In this document: piece after piece, positions 12,005-25,258 of the stretch
Layout: each line of letters begins with the position of its first letter
Numbering within the stretch: position 1 is the stretch's first letter
From: Octopus bimaculoides
Taxonomy: Eukaryota
Direction: 5' to 3'
Length of the DNA stretch: 39,486 bases
NCBI RefSeq assembly: GCF_001194135.2
Contig: NC_068999.1
Coordinates: 16,863,525-16,903,010, forward strand
The notes under the pieces: generated by a model
Told to the model about the DNA's origin: nothing
The model's database searches: none
Seen by the model: the letters and a program-made list of their open reading frames with translations, nothing else
Position numbers and translations under genes: made by a program

Positions 12005-13020
12005 TTACTGGAATCTACGCACTCATTCGAAATTGCTGGCGTTGTGTCAAAATGTGTTACCATTATTATTATCATTGATGTTGGCATAGCCGTTATCCTT
12101 ATTATAATCATTATTGTATGTTTTTGGCTATATCACTACTGTTATTTATTGTCATCATCATCATCACTATCGTCATCATCATCAACATAAAAACCTTTAC
12201 CACCTAAACAACGATCGTGAATATTATTATTTTGTAAACGTTTTACACATTGTCATCATTAATCTTTTTGTTGCCCATAAAGTTTCTTATTTTTAACAAT
12301 ATCATGATTATTGTTTCTGCTATTACTAGTACATCATCATCACAAGTTATATTCCTGTGAATAATAGTAATAATAAGAACAATAATATTAAAACTAGGGA
12401 AGATAATATTATTATCATCGTTGTTGCAATTTGCAAAGCTATTTAATTTCTATTCTATTCCTAACCGATCTGTTTCGCAGGAAAGTTATACTCGCTTTAA
12501 TTATATCTTTAAGGGAAAATCAATACCGCATCGCGTTCTATGTGTCAATGTTATAAACAAGCCTACCTTACATACAAATATGTGAACATACGCATACATA
12601 TACGCATACACACGCATATATATGTGTGCGTGTGAGAGAAAGTATATATATATATATATATATATATGCGTGTGTGGTGGGGTGCTGGTGAGGGTGTATG
12701 CATATATAAATAGTTATATATATATATATACTAATACATCTGTATATATGTACACACATATACATGCTTATTTATATATGTATGTATGTGTGTGCGTGTG
12801 AGAGTATATAACCCAAACGAATTCCAATTTGCGTCAAAGATTGGAAATAATTTAGTTGTTTATCTTTTATTTTATAATAGAACACAAAATAAGATTAGTG
12901 ACAATTCTTACTTCTGAGAAAGACAGGTAAAATAATTACGCAAATTGATTTATCTATTCCATCGATTTAAAAACTGCTACAACACCAGAAGATTTGTAAG
13001 CAATTCGTATCGAGAACTCT

Positions 13021-13036
13021 GTATATATACATACAT

Positions 13037-13071
<35 letters not shown>

Positions 13072-13365
13072 TATAAATATATATANNNNNNNNNNNNNNN
13101 NNNNNNNNNNNNNNNNNNNNNNNNNNNNNNNNNNNNNNNNNNNNNNNNNNNNNNNNNNNNNNNNNNNNNNNNNNNNNNNNNNNNNNNNNNNNNNNNNNNN
13201 NNNNNNNNNNNNNNNNNNNNNNNNNNNNTATATGCGTGTATGTATGTATTTATATATATATGTGTGTGTATGTTTGTGTTAGTATATATGTTTGTATATA
13301 TATGTATATATGTGTGTGTGTGTATGTATATACGTATATATATATATATATATATATAGATATAT

Positions 13366-13429
<64 letters not shown>

Positions 13430-13430
13430 A
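13021..13430. repeat. (TA)/(CA)/(TG) microsatellite block spanning an N gap
   Basis: Directly visible. Confidence 0.95.
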
Positions 13431-13989
13431 TATCGTTCTATTGGTATTGTTGGGGAAGTTTGTATAAAAATAGATGATTAAGTTTGCACGGTTCTCTATA
13501 TAGAAAATTCTTCGTATTTGTAAATTTAACCTTCTATCTGCTTTGTGTTATTGACAGAGTAATCAATGCATCAAGGTAATGTCCTTTCTTCTGCTTTTAA
13601 TGTTTTATTGCTCATTTTTTTCTTAGTAGAAGAAATAATGCTGACGTGTTAATTACATTTAAGATAATCTGAATAAATGTTCTAATTCATACACTTCCAG
13701 TTTGCAACCTTGTAACATGGAAATGAATTAAATATTACACCTATGTTTATTAATTTGCTACTGAAATATTCATAAATAGAGACCTCTATAAAACATCTTA
13801 ATTCTAAATAAGTTGGTCAGAATATGTATATGTGTGTGATGTGTATGTGTGCGTGTACGCATGTATGTATGCATGTATGTATACACAAACACACACATGC
13901 GGGTATCTTACGCATGTTTATAATCTTGATCACATGAATGAATATTCGGTATTGCATTACATTTTATAATCACGTATTGTTGAGAATGA

Positions 13990-14162
13990 GCGTAGGCGTG
14001 ACTGTGTGCATATGAAACTTGCTTCCCAAGAAGTTGGTTTTCGGTTCAGTCATACTGCACGGCACTTTGGGAAATTGCTTTCTACTATAGTCAAATGCCG
14101 ACCAGAGTTTTGTGAGAGTGGTTAACGGAAGCTGAAAGAATCTCGTTATATATACGTTTTAA

Positions 14163-14247
<85 letters not shown>

Positions 14248-14620
14248 CCCACATGTGTAAATATAAACAGACTAACATGTGTCTTTATATGCACCGAAAT
14301 GTGTTTAAAGATACAAATAAGATTATAATTGTTTTGTAAGTGTAATTTACCTGTTTTTCTAACGACATCTCTTCGTTCGAAAATAAATTATTTTTTTTCT
14401 ATCCATATATATACACACAGACCCAGACACGCATACACACACATAGACACACACACACACACACACACATACACACACACACATACACGCACACACACAT
14501 ACACACACACCCACACACACACAAACATATCTATTGAGGTCAGTTTGTTCAACTGAAGTTTTCAAGGTGTTGCCTCAGCATGGCTGTAGTTCAATGACTA
14601 GACCAGATAAACGATAAAAG
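13990..14620 (+). mobile_element. SINE family D with internal microsatellite expansion
   Basis: Head gcgtaggcgtgactgtgtg...ggttcagtcatactgcacggcactttggg...ctactatag...aagctgaaagaa (13990-14152), (CA)/(TA) tracts, tail aaggtgttgcctcagcatggctgtagttcaatgact (~14533-14620). Tail is similar to 26915-26970. Linking head and tail relies on recalled octopus SINE structure. Confidence 0.6.
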
Positions 14621-15924
14621 TATATTGCCGGATGACATATATCTTTGCTAAAATACGCTTAATTCCACTGGTCTCTGGGATGTCCAAATAATAACGAATT
14701 TACCTTCACAGATGTGTTTTGTTTGAATTGTTAGACATCTCCATCAAATGATATTTCAAACATTATAGTAATAAATACCCACTTAGTAACTAATATGATC
14801 CTGCCTATGGAAAAAAAATCGTATGGATGATTAAACGTAAAATAACGTTGAAATTAAACCTGTTCGATTGGGCTGATTTAGTCTCAGTGAAACAGTAACT
14901 CATCATCTGCTTTAAGAAGCTGTAACTTCTTTTTAATTATAAATACGTTCTAAACGATTTCTAATTAAAATAGTTAATATTCTATGAAAAATCTTGGAAT
15001 AAATGTTCATTAAAAATAAAACAGCATGTGATCTTTTGTGTTTCTAGGCAAATAACTATCTTAGAACTTAGAACCATGATAAACCCTCATGTTTACGTTT
15101 GAACAAAGAACTTCAACAAAACAAACAGGAAACATACATAAATTATGACGTCTACGTTTATCTACAGTAAACGTAGAACCTAAGTTTCTTCTAAATCAGA
15201 AGTACTAATAGATACACAGAAGAATATATTATTACGAAAAATATATAACGGCATTATGATGACCGAATTCCATATCTTTAAAACATAAAAACTAGACGAA
15301 GTCATTGATACTTCTTGTGAATGCTTTGTTGAGCCAAGACGCGCTGCATATAACATGATGCAATAACATTGCTTCCCAAATTGTCTCAATGTTCAGCAAT
15401 TGTTTAATGAGAGGTAGTGAAGACAATTAAATGAAAATTTGAGAAATTCTGTAAAACACAGCATCAGATTGAACCAAAACAACTGCAGTAGTGGTGAAAA
15501 CATAAATACAACAAAGAACAGCAAAAGTCCTATATCCACCGTTTCTTCTCCATTTATCAGCCATGTTATGTTCAACTCTTAAACCACGTCCTAATCACTA
15601 CCCCCAGTTCTGTTATCCCCTGAAGTTCGGCGATATGGCTCTCCCTGCGCGGAGGTCATTGTTAAAGAAGTACACTCTAGGGGCCAATGACAGCCCTAAG
15701 AACTGCTACCTAAGAACTACTCCTGCCTTGGTAAAAAAAAATGCTGAAACTATTAAATTGAGTAAAGAACATTTAATGCATGTTTGCTTCAGTAACAATA
15801 TATTTCTTTCTGTGTGATCCCTATTCTTCTGTGAAAATACATACTCTACGTTATGTCACAGTTGTTCGTGGAAAAGGAGTATTACAGAACTAATCTTCAA
15901 AGAAAAGCCAAAACAACCCAACTA

Positions 15925-16050
15925 ATCTCTCTCTCCCTCTCTTCCTCTCTCTCCCACTCTTCCTCTCTCTCCTCCTCTATCCATCTCTTCCACCCCTTTC
16001 TCTACCTCTCTTCCACCTCCTCTCTCTTCCTCTCTCTTCCTCTTCTCTCA
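15925..16050. repeat. Polypyrimidine (CT-rich) low-complexity tract
   Basis: About 125 nt almost entirely C/T. Confidence 0.9.
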
Positions 16051-17282
16051 AATACTCTTTGATATGGGGTATTTTTTAAATCAGAAAATATTTTGCTGTA
16101 TCAGCGGTTGTTGTATGCTTCAATGCACGTAGCAGAAATATTAAGAGTAGAAACTAATGTCAATATGTGCAATATAGAGTGCAAGAATTTCATTGTCGAT
16201 GAACAAGAAATAACAATGAAATTTTTTTTTTAATGTGTTTGAAAGAATAGCGGAATAAAAGTTTGGGGCGTTTCCATGGTTGATTAATTATGTATATCGT
16301 GTAATATTAAAGAATCTAACAAGGTTTCAAATGATATATATTCGTGAATATGATAGAAAAAATATTTCAGATAAAAATGGCATTAACTGAAAATGGTTTT
16401 AGCATGAAAAACTACAACTTAGAAAACGAAATAATTCATTCCATGCCACCTAATTTATTTTCAAATATCATAAAAGAAAATGACCAAAAAGTTAAATTAA
16501 ATACTATGAATAAATCATCTGCCTTCTCTCATCTAGAATAATCATGATCATAGAATATTATTAAAGAGGCTCTGCTTTCGATAACTATAGTTAAACGGTC
16601 CAACTCCCATATTCGTTAAAGAACTCATAAAGTTATTTGATATTATTTTATTGTTATTTGATTGCTATTCGTACTAATTAAACTTTACACAAAATCTAGC
16701 TGAATTCTCCTTCCTCTTTTATAAAAGGAAAAATATTTAACAGCAACAAAATACGACGCGAACAGTATCAGAAATTCAAGAAAAATAAAACGAACATTAC
16801 AGTAAAAATGCAAATTATTTATTATAGTGATTTTTGTTATATGCAATATCTCATAAATCATTTAGCAACTGGTTTCGATTTATTTTTCTAACATGAAATG
16901 GCGTGTTAGGATTAATCATGGATCGCGGTGGGTAATACCGGGCATTGTGATTAATGAACCACTACCTCTAGTAAAACGCCCGTTTACATGAACACGAAAA
17001 AAAAATACACTAAAAAACAAAAAATTGAAAGTTTACGTCATCAATTAATGTGGTCTTTTTTTTATGACTTTGTCATCGATTGGAATGGGTTCATGAATTA
17101 ATTTCTTCATCTCTTCATATTAGAAAGCAATAAATAAGCATAATAATAATAATAATAAAGAATACAGATTTTAATGTATTGCTGAGGGAAATTTCAAGTT
17201 TGATATCAATTAAAAAATATTAAAAATATCAGATAAAGATAGCAAAAATTTACGTGCCAAAATTTTAATCTTTTGAGAAAAC

Positions 17283-17405
17283 GTACTCGTATTCAATAAT
17301 AGAGCTTGCAAGAAAACATCATATGTCAAATTTTCTTTAATGCAGCTGTGTTATATTATCGAATATTACATATATTTATTTAGACTATCAATATAACTAT
17401 AGTTA

Positions 17406-17436
<31 letters not shown>

Positions 17437-17932
17437 TTAATAATTATTATTATTATTACTTTTTTTCTTCTTTTTATTCTTCTTCTTCTTATTATTATAG
17501 TTTAATCCGGCGAGCTGGCACAATCGTTAGCCCGCTGGGCGAAATGCTTAGCTAGATTTCATTCTGCAGTTCTGAGTTCAAATTCTACCGAGGTCGACTT
17601 TGTCTTTCATCTCTACGGGATCGATAAATTAACTACTAGTTAGGTACTGGAGTCGACCTAATCGACTGCCTCCTCCCACCAAATTTCTGGTTTTGTGCTA
17701 ATAATAATAATAATAATAATAATTATTATTATTATTATTATTATTGTTGTTGTTGTTGTTGTTCTAAGGCAGCGAGCTGGCAGAAACGTTAGCACGCCGG
17801 GCGAAATGCTTAGCAGTATTTCGTCTATCATTACGTTCTGAGTTCAAATTCCGCCGAGGTCGACTTTGCTTTTCAACCTTTCGAGGTCGATAAATTAAGT
17901 ACCAGTTGCGAGCTGGGGTTGATCTAATCGAC
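17283..17932 (+). repeat. Inverted segmental duplication, left arm (unique DNA plus two tandem SINE A copies at ~17506-17698 and ~17766-17975)
   Basis: Reverse complement of 18620-19275, including a 126-bp non-SINE segment with one mismatch and shared diagnostic SINE variants. Confidence 0.95.
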
Positions 17933-17978
17933 TAACCCTCACCCCCAAAATTTAGGGCATTGTGCCTAGATTAGAAAA

Positions 17979-18150
17979 CAATCGTTAGGGCGTCGGACAA
18001 AGTGGCAGTTCTTCTGACCTTACTTCTCAGCTCAAATCTCACCGAAGTCGACGTTGCCTTTCATTCTTTGGAGGTCAATATAATAAGTACCAGTTGAGCA
18101 TTAGCATCGATGTAACTAGGTAACAGCCTCCTCCAAAATTTGGAATCTTG
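17979..18150 (+). mobile_element. SINE family A, degenerate, in the inverted-repeat spacer
   Basis: atcgttagggcgtcggacaaa...gctcaaatctcaccgaagtcgacgttgccttcattc...ataagtaccagttgagcatt. Confidence 0.75.
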
Positions 18151-18379
18151 TAACTATAGTAAAAATATTTATCATTATAGTGATTTGCCAGAGAACAGGT
18201 GGCGGTTTCAAATCGACGGAAATATTTTGACACAAATTAAATTTAAATGTTGAAGTTAATCTGATTTTTGTGTATTATTAAATTGTTTATAAACAACTTC
18301 CACGCTGCTATTGTTATTATCATTTTTATCGTTTGTAAATGCATTGAGCTGATTGTATTGTTATCGCGTCGAAAAAAAA

Positions 18380-18619
18380 AAATGCTTATCAATATTTTCA
18401 CCGCTCTTTACGATCTGAGTTCAAATCACACCGAGGGTAATTTTAAAATTTATCCTTTCCGTGTCGATAAAACTAAGACCCAGTAAAGAACTGGGATCGT
18501 TATAGTCGATAATCTTAATCTCCCTAAAATTCCTAGTCGTTTGCTAAAGCATAAAAATGAACTACTAGTACTCTTGCTTGCACTCTGAGAAGCTGGCGAG
18601 CTCGCAAAATTGTTAACGC
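18380..18619 (+). mobile_element. SINE family A, degenerate, plus a truncated SINE head at 18593-18619
   Basis: aatgcttatcaatatttt...ctgagttcaaatcacaccgagg...gtcgataaaactaagacccag, then ggcgagctcgcaaaattgttaacgc cut at the arm junction. Confidence 0.7.
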
Positions 18620-19082
18620 GTCGATTAGGTCGACCCCAGATCGCAACTGGTACTTAATTTATCGACCTCGAAAGGTTGAAAAGCAAAGTCGACCTCGGTG
18701 GAATTTGAACTCAGAACGTAAAGATAGACGAAATAATGCTAAGCATTTCGCCCGGCGTGCTAACGTTTCTGCCAGCTCGCTGCCTTAATTATAATAATAA
18801 TAATAATAATAATTATTATTATTATTATTATTCCTTCTACTATAAGCACAAACCCGGAAATTTTGTGGGAGGAGGCAGTCGATTAGGTCAACTTCAGTAC
18901 CTAACTGGTAGTTAATTTATCGATCCCGAAGAGATGAAAGACAAAGTCGACCTCGGCAGAATTTGAACTCAGAACTGCAGAATGAAATATAGCTAAGCGT
19001 TTCGCCCAGCGGGCTAACGGTTGTGCCAGCTCGCCGGATTAACTATAATAATAATAAGAAGAAGAATAAGAAGAAGAAAAAG

Positions 19083-19152
<70 letters not shown>

Positions 19153-19275
19153 TAACTATAGTTATATTGATAGTCTAAATAAATATATGTAATATTCGAT
19201 AATATAACACAGCTGCATTAAAGAAAATTTGACATATGATGTTTTCTTGCAAGCTCCATTATTGAATACGAGTAC
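18620..19275 (-). repeat. Inverted segmental duplication, right arm (SINE A copies at ~18620-18787 and ~18843-19039 plus unique DNA)
   Basis: Reverse complement of 17283-17932. Confidence 0.95.
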
Positions 19276-20111
19276 ATCCAGTAGCATTTCTAGCAATACT
19301 TTACTCTCTAAGTCCATCGGTATCAACTTGTCGGGCTCAATCAAAATAATATACCAGACAGAGAATTGGACCACAACTCCAATTTTCTCTAAAATTACTG
19401 TCCAAATTACTGGTAAAATTTAAAATAATTATTAATATTCCAAGCTATTTATATAGCGGAACATAGAAATGCATGCTCTTCTATTTTACACGGCGAAAAG
19501 TCTATTCTATGAACACTAATGCGCGTATATTGTGGAGAAGTTTCAGAATGCATAATTCTTGGTCTTTTTCTCTTCACTTTCTCTTTCTCCTACTCCTCCT
19601 ACTTTTCTTCACTACCACAAATCCTCGCTCTCAATGCCGTCATCAGCGTCGTCGTGGTCGTCAGCATCATCATCATCATCATCATCGTTTCATTTACTCG
19701 TTTACACTATTAGCGAGTGCAGATCCGTGTGTGTTCGTTATATGCAGAGCTACATTTACAGTTTTTCTATTGTACCAAAACAAAACCCTGTAATATGCAT
19801 GCTGCGCCTGATACCACAATGGACGGACGTTTTAGCGATGTTCTCAATTTTTTTTTATCTTCTTAATGCAAGAAAAATGTATGGGTTTTTTTCTGTTTTC
19901 CTTTTTACTCCTTGTAATCTGTTCATCTCGAAATAAATTTAACTAACTATTTGTAATTCTGATGACACGATAAGGTGTTACTCAGGTATGAGTCCGCCTC
20001 GTCTTATAGTGGAAACAAATAGAAGCTAATGAATTCATAATATAATCGTATATTCCTTTGTCATTTATTTCTTATTTCCAGAAGTGTATATATATGTTTG
20101 ANNNNNNNNNN

Positions 20112-20153
<42 letters not shown>

Positions 20154-20324
20154 TAGAAAAAATAATAACGTACTCAGAGATCTGGATGATTGTACATTTA
20201 CAGATTTTTATTTATATGTCACATGCTTTTATAAATCATATAATAGATTCTGAAGAATCTATTAGAGTAGATGAAGGCGCTATATATATATATAAAATTT
20301 GTCATTGATGCATTTTCTGAGAGT

Positions 20325-20630
20325 TTACATATCTTTTAAGGTATGTACTTCGATTAGGAGGCGTTTCCTCTTCTGTGTATCAGAGGCAATAATATCCAAT
20401 CGATTACTTGAAATCACTACTCTTACAGAATTCCAATATTCTTTTGAATGGTCCAGTTCTCGTACTTCCGAAACCTTTATAGCATCTCCTTCTGATCGTC
20501 TTAGTACTGATATAACTACTAGTGTATGACAGCCACAATATAATCATGTCTATAGATGCATTATCCATAGCGTATGTCTGGATAGTCACGCATGGATAAT
20601 TTCTTTTATCCCTTTTCTGCATTTTCTGTA
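20325..20630 (-). mobile_element. Decayed RLE-type (R4/Dong-like) non-LTR retrotransposon: zinc knuckle to endonuclease region
   Basis: Across frameshifts: KCRKGIKEIIH, IYRHDYIVAVIH**LYQY, ELDHSKEYWNSVRVVISSNRLDIIASDTQKRKRLLIEV. This follows the CCHC / RHD..IHW / W..NRPDIV.D....IE-D motifs of RLE LINEs. Confidence 0.55.
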
Positions 20631-21200
20631 ATTACTTAACGTTTATGTGCTACTGACTGGAAGTCTTATTACAACACTGGAAAAAAAAAAATTCTTAACT
20701 TCGATATTATTCAGTCTTCTTTTAAAATATGGGTTGCGTAGGGGCTTTTCTTTTAAATAGTTTTAACATGGCATATTAGCAGCCTATTTTGAGTTACCGA
20801 ATATTTTCTATTGTTTCGCCCTACTTTTCGCAACTGCCAATTTAGGCTATATTTTTTTTTAATATGTTAGTTTCCTTGAAATCAAAAACTCCTTGTTTTC
20901 TTTATTTCAAGTGTCGTTTGTTCTTCCTTAAATAGTTATTTTTTAATGTTTCTACAGTAGATATTTTGTAATAGATTTAAAGTTTTAAATAATATAGTTC
21001 TCACAATCGCAAAGCCCATATATTTATATTCAAGATTTTCTGTGATATATTAGACCCCTCCAAAAGTAATTTCTACCATTATATCACAATTTGAAACAAC
21101 TATATTGGTGTAGTCTTTCTGGTTAGATTTCAAAATTCATTTATCTTCTACATGAAATAGAGTAACTGCAAATTATTAATGAGAGGGTTAAACTATTGCT

Positions 21201-21426
21201 TTCAAATTCTGGCGCAAGGCCAGCGATTTTGAGGGAGAGAGCAAATCGATTACATCGGACCCAGTGCATAACTGGTACTTATTTTATCCCTCCCCCCGAC
21301 CCCGAAATGATGACAGGAAAAGTCGACATCGGCAGAATTTAAATGCAAAACGGGAAAATAAAATCTGATGAAATACCGCTCAGCAATTTACCCGGCATGC
21401 CAACGAATTTGCCAGCTCACCGCCTT
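21201..21426 (-). mobile_element. SINE family A copy
   Basis: ttcaaattctggcgcaaggcc...aactggtacttattttatc...aagtcgacatcggcagaattt...gccagctcaccgcctt. Confidence 0.9.
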
Positions 21427-21919
21427 AGCGGATTAAAACATAAAAATTCATGCCTTATTTTTGGATTTATATCTGCCTTAACAACAAATATTGTCTGATA
21501 ATTACAACAGTTTCTGTTATTAATTAGTGTGCTTCTTTAATAATCGAACCTATATTTTGTTTGCGTCTGTGCATTATAAACTGCTTAGTTCATTTAGAGC
21601 ATGTAAATCGGTGTTTTGATTTATATTGTTATTACAACTACTCTGTCTAATGCCATTTTAGTGTTCTTCGTCTTACCATTTCAGAGATTAAGACCGTCTT
21701 AGCGATTACAAATTTCTAACACTTCCTCTCTTGCTCCACACAGTTTTAATGCTTTCTTCATTTATTCATATACATATCTGAATTGCTTTTATATATTGCG
21801 GTCGTTCCAATTTAAGTACGTTTTCTTGTGTTTGTGCCAAATGCTCACTTGTCTGCAATGTCAATCTCCCCTTCTCACTCTCTCACACATACTCTCACTG
21901 TCTGAATATACATACATAC

Positions 21920-21953
<34 letters not shown>

Positions 21954-21963
21954 NNNNNNNNNN

Positions 21964-22002
<39 letters not shown>

Positions 22003-22662
22003 CACATGCATGTGTATGTACGTTCATAATTACATATACGTATGTACATATACCCATATGAATACAAATACATAAGCACACACACACAATTACACATACA
22101 GAGATAATTATATATGGCTTGACAGAATTTTAAAAAAATCAATTGAAAGCCATGTCCAGGCAGTTCAAAGTCTAACACAAGAAATAAAATAAATGTATGA
22201 ATTTTACGACGTTCAGTGTTCTGAAAATATAGTTTGAATTTCGAAACAAAAAGAGCAAAATTCATTTACTGATTACATGAATAAGAACTTTGAAAGAAAA
22301 GAATAATTATAGATGTTGCATAAATCCCTAAAATTATATAATATTTATGCTTGATTAAATAAACTCAGAAAGTATTTTATATTGTAGTGACTTTACTCCC
22401 AAATATGCTTTGTATAGCATACACACACGCACAAACACACAGATAAACTTAAACACACACGCGCGCGCCCACACGCATATATACAATGTAAACATGTTTA
22501 CACATATATCATGGCAGTAGGTAATCATTAGGGAAGGTTCTATCATCCAATCAGTTATTCGGTGTTGATTTTAACATGTTCTTTGCATTAAACTGCAAAT
22601 ATGCAGTTCTCAAGCTTATCACGCATGCAAACACAAAGAAGTAAACAAACAAATATATGTGC

Positions 22663-22707
<45 letters not shown>

Positions 22708-22759
22708 GATGTATGTATGTATTGTTGACATAAGAGTAGGCCTGTTTCAGTTGCAATTT

Positions 22760-23030
22760 ATTTAGTTTGGAGTATTCTTTGAAGCTAGACTAATAAAAAT
22801 TCCATCTGAATAAGAGATGTATTATTTATCTTCGATCAGGCGTACGATGGAAATTCCATTGCAATTAGGTTGGTGATAATAGGGTGCATATGTTTAGTAC
22901 ATATTGATTTCATCTTTGGTGGCCATTTAACTGTAGATATCAAAACAGGCGTGAATGGCACATGAGATTTTCTTATATTTGCAAGTTGCTATCAAAGCCT
23001 GGCTGATTGCCATATTGTTTGTATTCTCTA
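22760..23030 (-). mobile_element. Decayed Penelope-like RT fragment
   Basis: Frameshifted translations YKQYGNQPG, QSARL**QLANIRKSHVPFTPVLIS and EDKIYISYSDGIFISL resemble PLE RT motifs (P.RLYGLPK.HK..VP.RPI.S and E..VSYDV.SLFT). Confidence 0.35.
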
Positions 23031-23462
23031 TGTAATTATTACATTGTGTAAGCTGGTACGCAATTGTCATATGTGTATGTATTTTGAGCATGATATGGCT
23101 CTGTGGTAAAGGAATAATATTTTAACATATATTCATTACACATACCTCTCAGCAATAAGCTGAATGTAGAGAAAGAGTTTGCAGCTCTGTTATTATTGTC
23201 ACACACAAATTCAGTGATTCTTTGATGTCATTGTCAACGGAGTTATTTTAATAGAATAATGCATCTCTCTGCTAGTAGAAATTGATATATTATAACCACC
23301 AGATTTTAGCTTCGGATCTTATCTGCGCTTAATGTCATATATTGCTAAAAGTGAAATCAATGATATGTTGTCAACATATTGCTGTCTGTTTGGAATAACG
23401 AGAACAAGATGGTTACTTTATTGATCACTGATGGTTTAGGTAGCATAAGAAACGAAACTTGA

Positions 23463-23640
23463 TACAACTTTGTAAAATGATTTGACACATTACTTATCCA
23501 TAAGCTCTTATCAAAGCTGAAAAGAAAACTGAGAAATTCGTGTAGGATTTTATATTCTAATGATCTTAGCTTCATGAATAAAGATCATGTCTGGTGAACG
23601 GATACGTGCGAATCAAAGTAGCCAGCATCGAAAAGAAACA
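23463..23640 (+). mobile_element. Decayed CR1/L2-like LINE RT fragment
   Basis: YNFVK*FDTLLIHKLLSKL followed after a frameshift by VNGYVRIKVAS. This matches the Y.DF.KAFD.V.H..LL.KL ... VNG....V.SGVPQG pattern. Confidence 0.45.
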
Positions 23641-24249
23641 AAAGCATTTTAAGCTAAATTTGCAATAACGTGATTTCAGTAGAAGCCGTTGATGGTATAA
23701 ATAGCAAAAGAAGATAATTAGGTGCAAATCTTAGAACCAGAGACAATTATTGTAATATTAAATCCTTAAATATGTAAATATCTTTTGACACTGTATAGAA
23801 AAATCCATAATGAATCAATGTTAAAGAATGCATTTGATTTAAAATGACATTCGAAATCAATAAAGCTTCTTTATATATCGATCCTGAGTAACAGATTTAC
23901 GTATTAATGTCATTTCTATTAGCAAAGACGCTGATTTGTTAATTTTCCATGCGAAGCTAAAACATGAGATATGAAAAGGAAGATTACAAGTGTATAATTC
24001 TGTAATGTTGATTTCCTATGGTTCAAATATTACTGAGAAAACAGAATATAACAGAATGTGGCGAGGTCGAGTTTAATTTCTTGATTTTTGTAATATATAT
24101 TATATATGTTATATTCAGAGATGAGAATAACGACAACGGTTAACATAATGAACATCGTCCAGTAAAAAGTCATATAGAAAATAGCTGGTGGTGAATAGGC
24201 TGAGGTATTAGAACCCCAAATAATATTTTGCGTCACGTGTTCGGGCTCT

Positions 24250-24395
24250 TTTCACGCAATGTTCCAATCCTGTCGAAGTCAGTTTTGTCTTCCCTCCCTG
24301 CTTGGTTGATAAAACAAAATACCAATCAAGTACAGCAGTCGATGATATCAACTAAACCCACTCCCTCAAAATTCAAGGTCATGTGTCTCCCCTCC
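24250..24395 (+). mobile_element. SINE family A, 5'-truncated and degenerate
   Basis: gttccaatcctgtcgaagtcagttttgtctt...gttgataaaacaaaatacc...cagtcgatgatatcaact...ccctcaaaattcaaggtcatgtg. Confidence 0.65.
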
Positions 24396-24680
24396 CATAG
24401 TTACAATTATTATTATTATTTAGCCTAGTGCCTGTAAGAAACCATAAGAAACACTCACTACACGCTATCCCCCCAAAATGGCCCTGCTAGAAACGGCTGA
24501 TTTCCTATGCCAGACACTATCAATTCAATAATACAACCTAAACAAACTAATACACAAACACAAGACATACTCGATACAGCAATTATCCAATGAAATTAAC
24601 TTCCACCAGCAAGCCGTAACCAACGCATTACACACACAACACAAACGCTAATACAACAAAAGACTGCACCACAAAAAAAA

Positions 24681-24724
<44 letters not shown>

Positions 24725-24869
24725 GAAAGAAACTGACGCAATATAATAGCAAGAAGAGTTTGCAAACTCCCAACAACAAAAAATAGCACACAATACTGCA
24801 CATACACCCATCAAGACGGAGAGATAGACGATGATGTAGTAGAAATTTCACTGAAACGACCAAATGTTG

Positions 24870-24905
24870 AACAACAACAACAATAACAACAACAACAACA
24901 ACAAC

Positions 24906-24960
<55 letters not shown>
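24870..24960. repeat. (AAC)n(AAT)n microsatellite
   Basis: Directly visible. Confidence 0.95.
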
Positions 24961-24961
<1 letters not shown>

Positions 24962-24969
24962 TGTTTTAG

Positions 24970-25258
24970 TATTATTATTAGTAGCATTATTATTATTATC
25001 ATTGATTTCCCTCAGGTTCGTTCTTTTTCCCGGCAAAATTTATGTGGGGAGGGTGTTAATATCTGCAATCTTAGGTAACCATAATGTTTCAGTTGCCGTT
25101 CAAGTGCTTAAGACACTTCTGATATTCTTTCCTGTCGCTAAGGGGCACACTTTCTGTTGAAGCTCTACAGGACATTCTATTCCAATCTCCTTGAACCATT
25201 TTTCTATATCTTAGCCTACAGTTTGCAATGCACCAGTTATTATAGGCGCAACATGTAC
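24970..25258 (-). mobile_element. 5'-truncated R4/Dong-type non-LTR retrotransposon 3' end (ORF C-terminus, ~100-nt 3'UTR, (AAT)n tail)
   Basis: 25258-25100 reads VHVAPIITGALQTVG*DIEKWFKEIGIECPVELQQKVCPLATGKNIRSVLST*, the typical RLE-LINE C-terminus (V.V.PI..GALG.V......L..IGI......LQK..LLGTA.I.R.VL). Flanked on both sides by (TTA)n. Confidence 0.8.

Noticed and set aside
15151-15177. Short hairpins (10-bp stem here; 11-bp stem at 20241-20264)
   Set aside because: Stems of this length in AT-rich DNA are near chance expectation for 39 kb, and there is no supporting context.
16344-16541. ORF with IKMALTENGF, faintly like the Penelope IK..L..NGYP motif
   Set aside because: One short motif in very AT-rich sequence; not enough to call.
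20325-25258. Idea that the two RLE-LINE relics are one interrupted element
   Set aside because: On the minus strand the C-terminus and tail (25.0-25.3 kb) come before the zinc-knuckle/endonuclease piece (20.3-20.6 kb), the reverse of ORF order.
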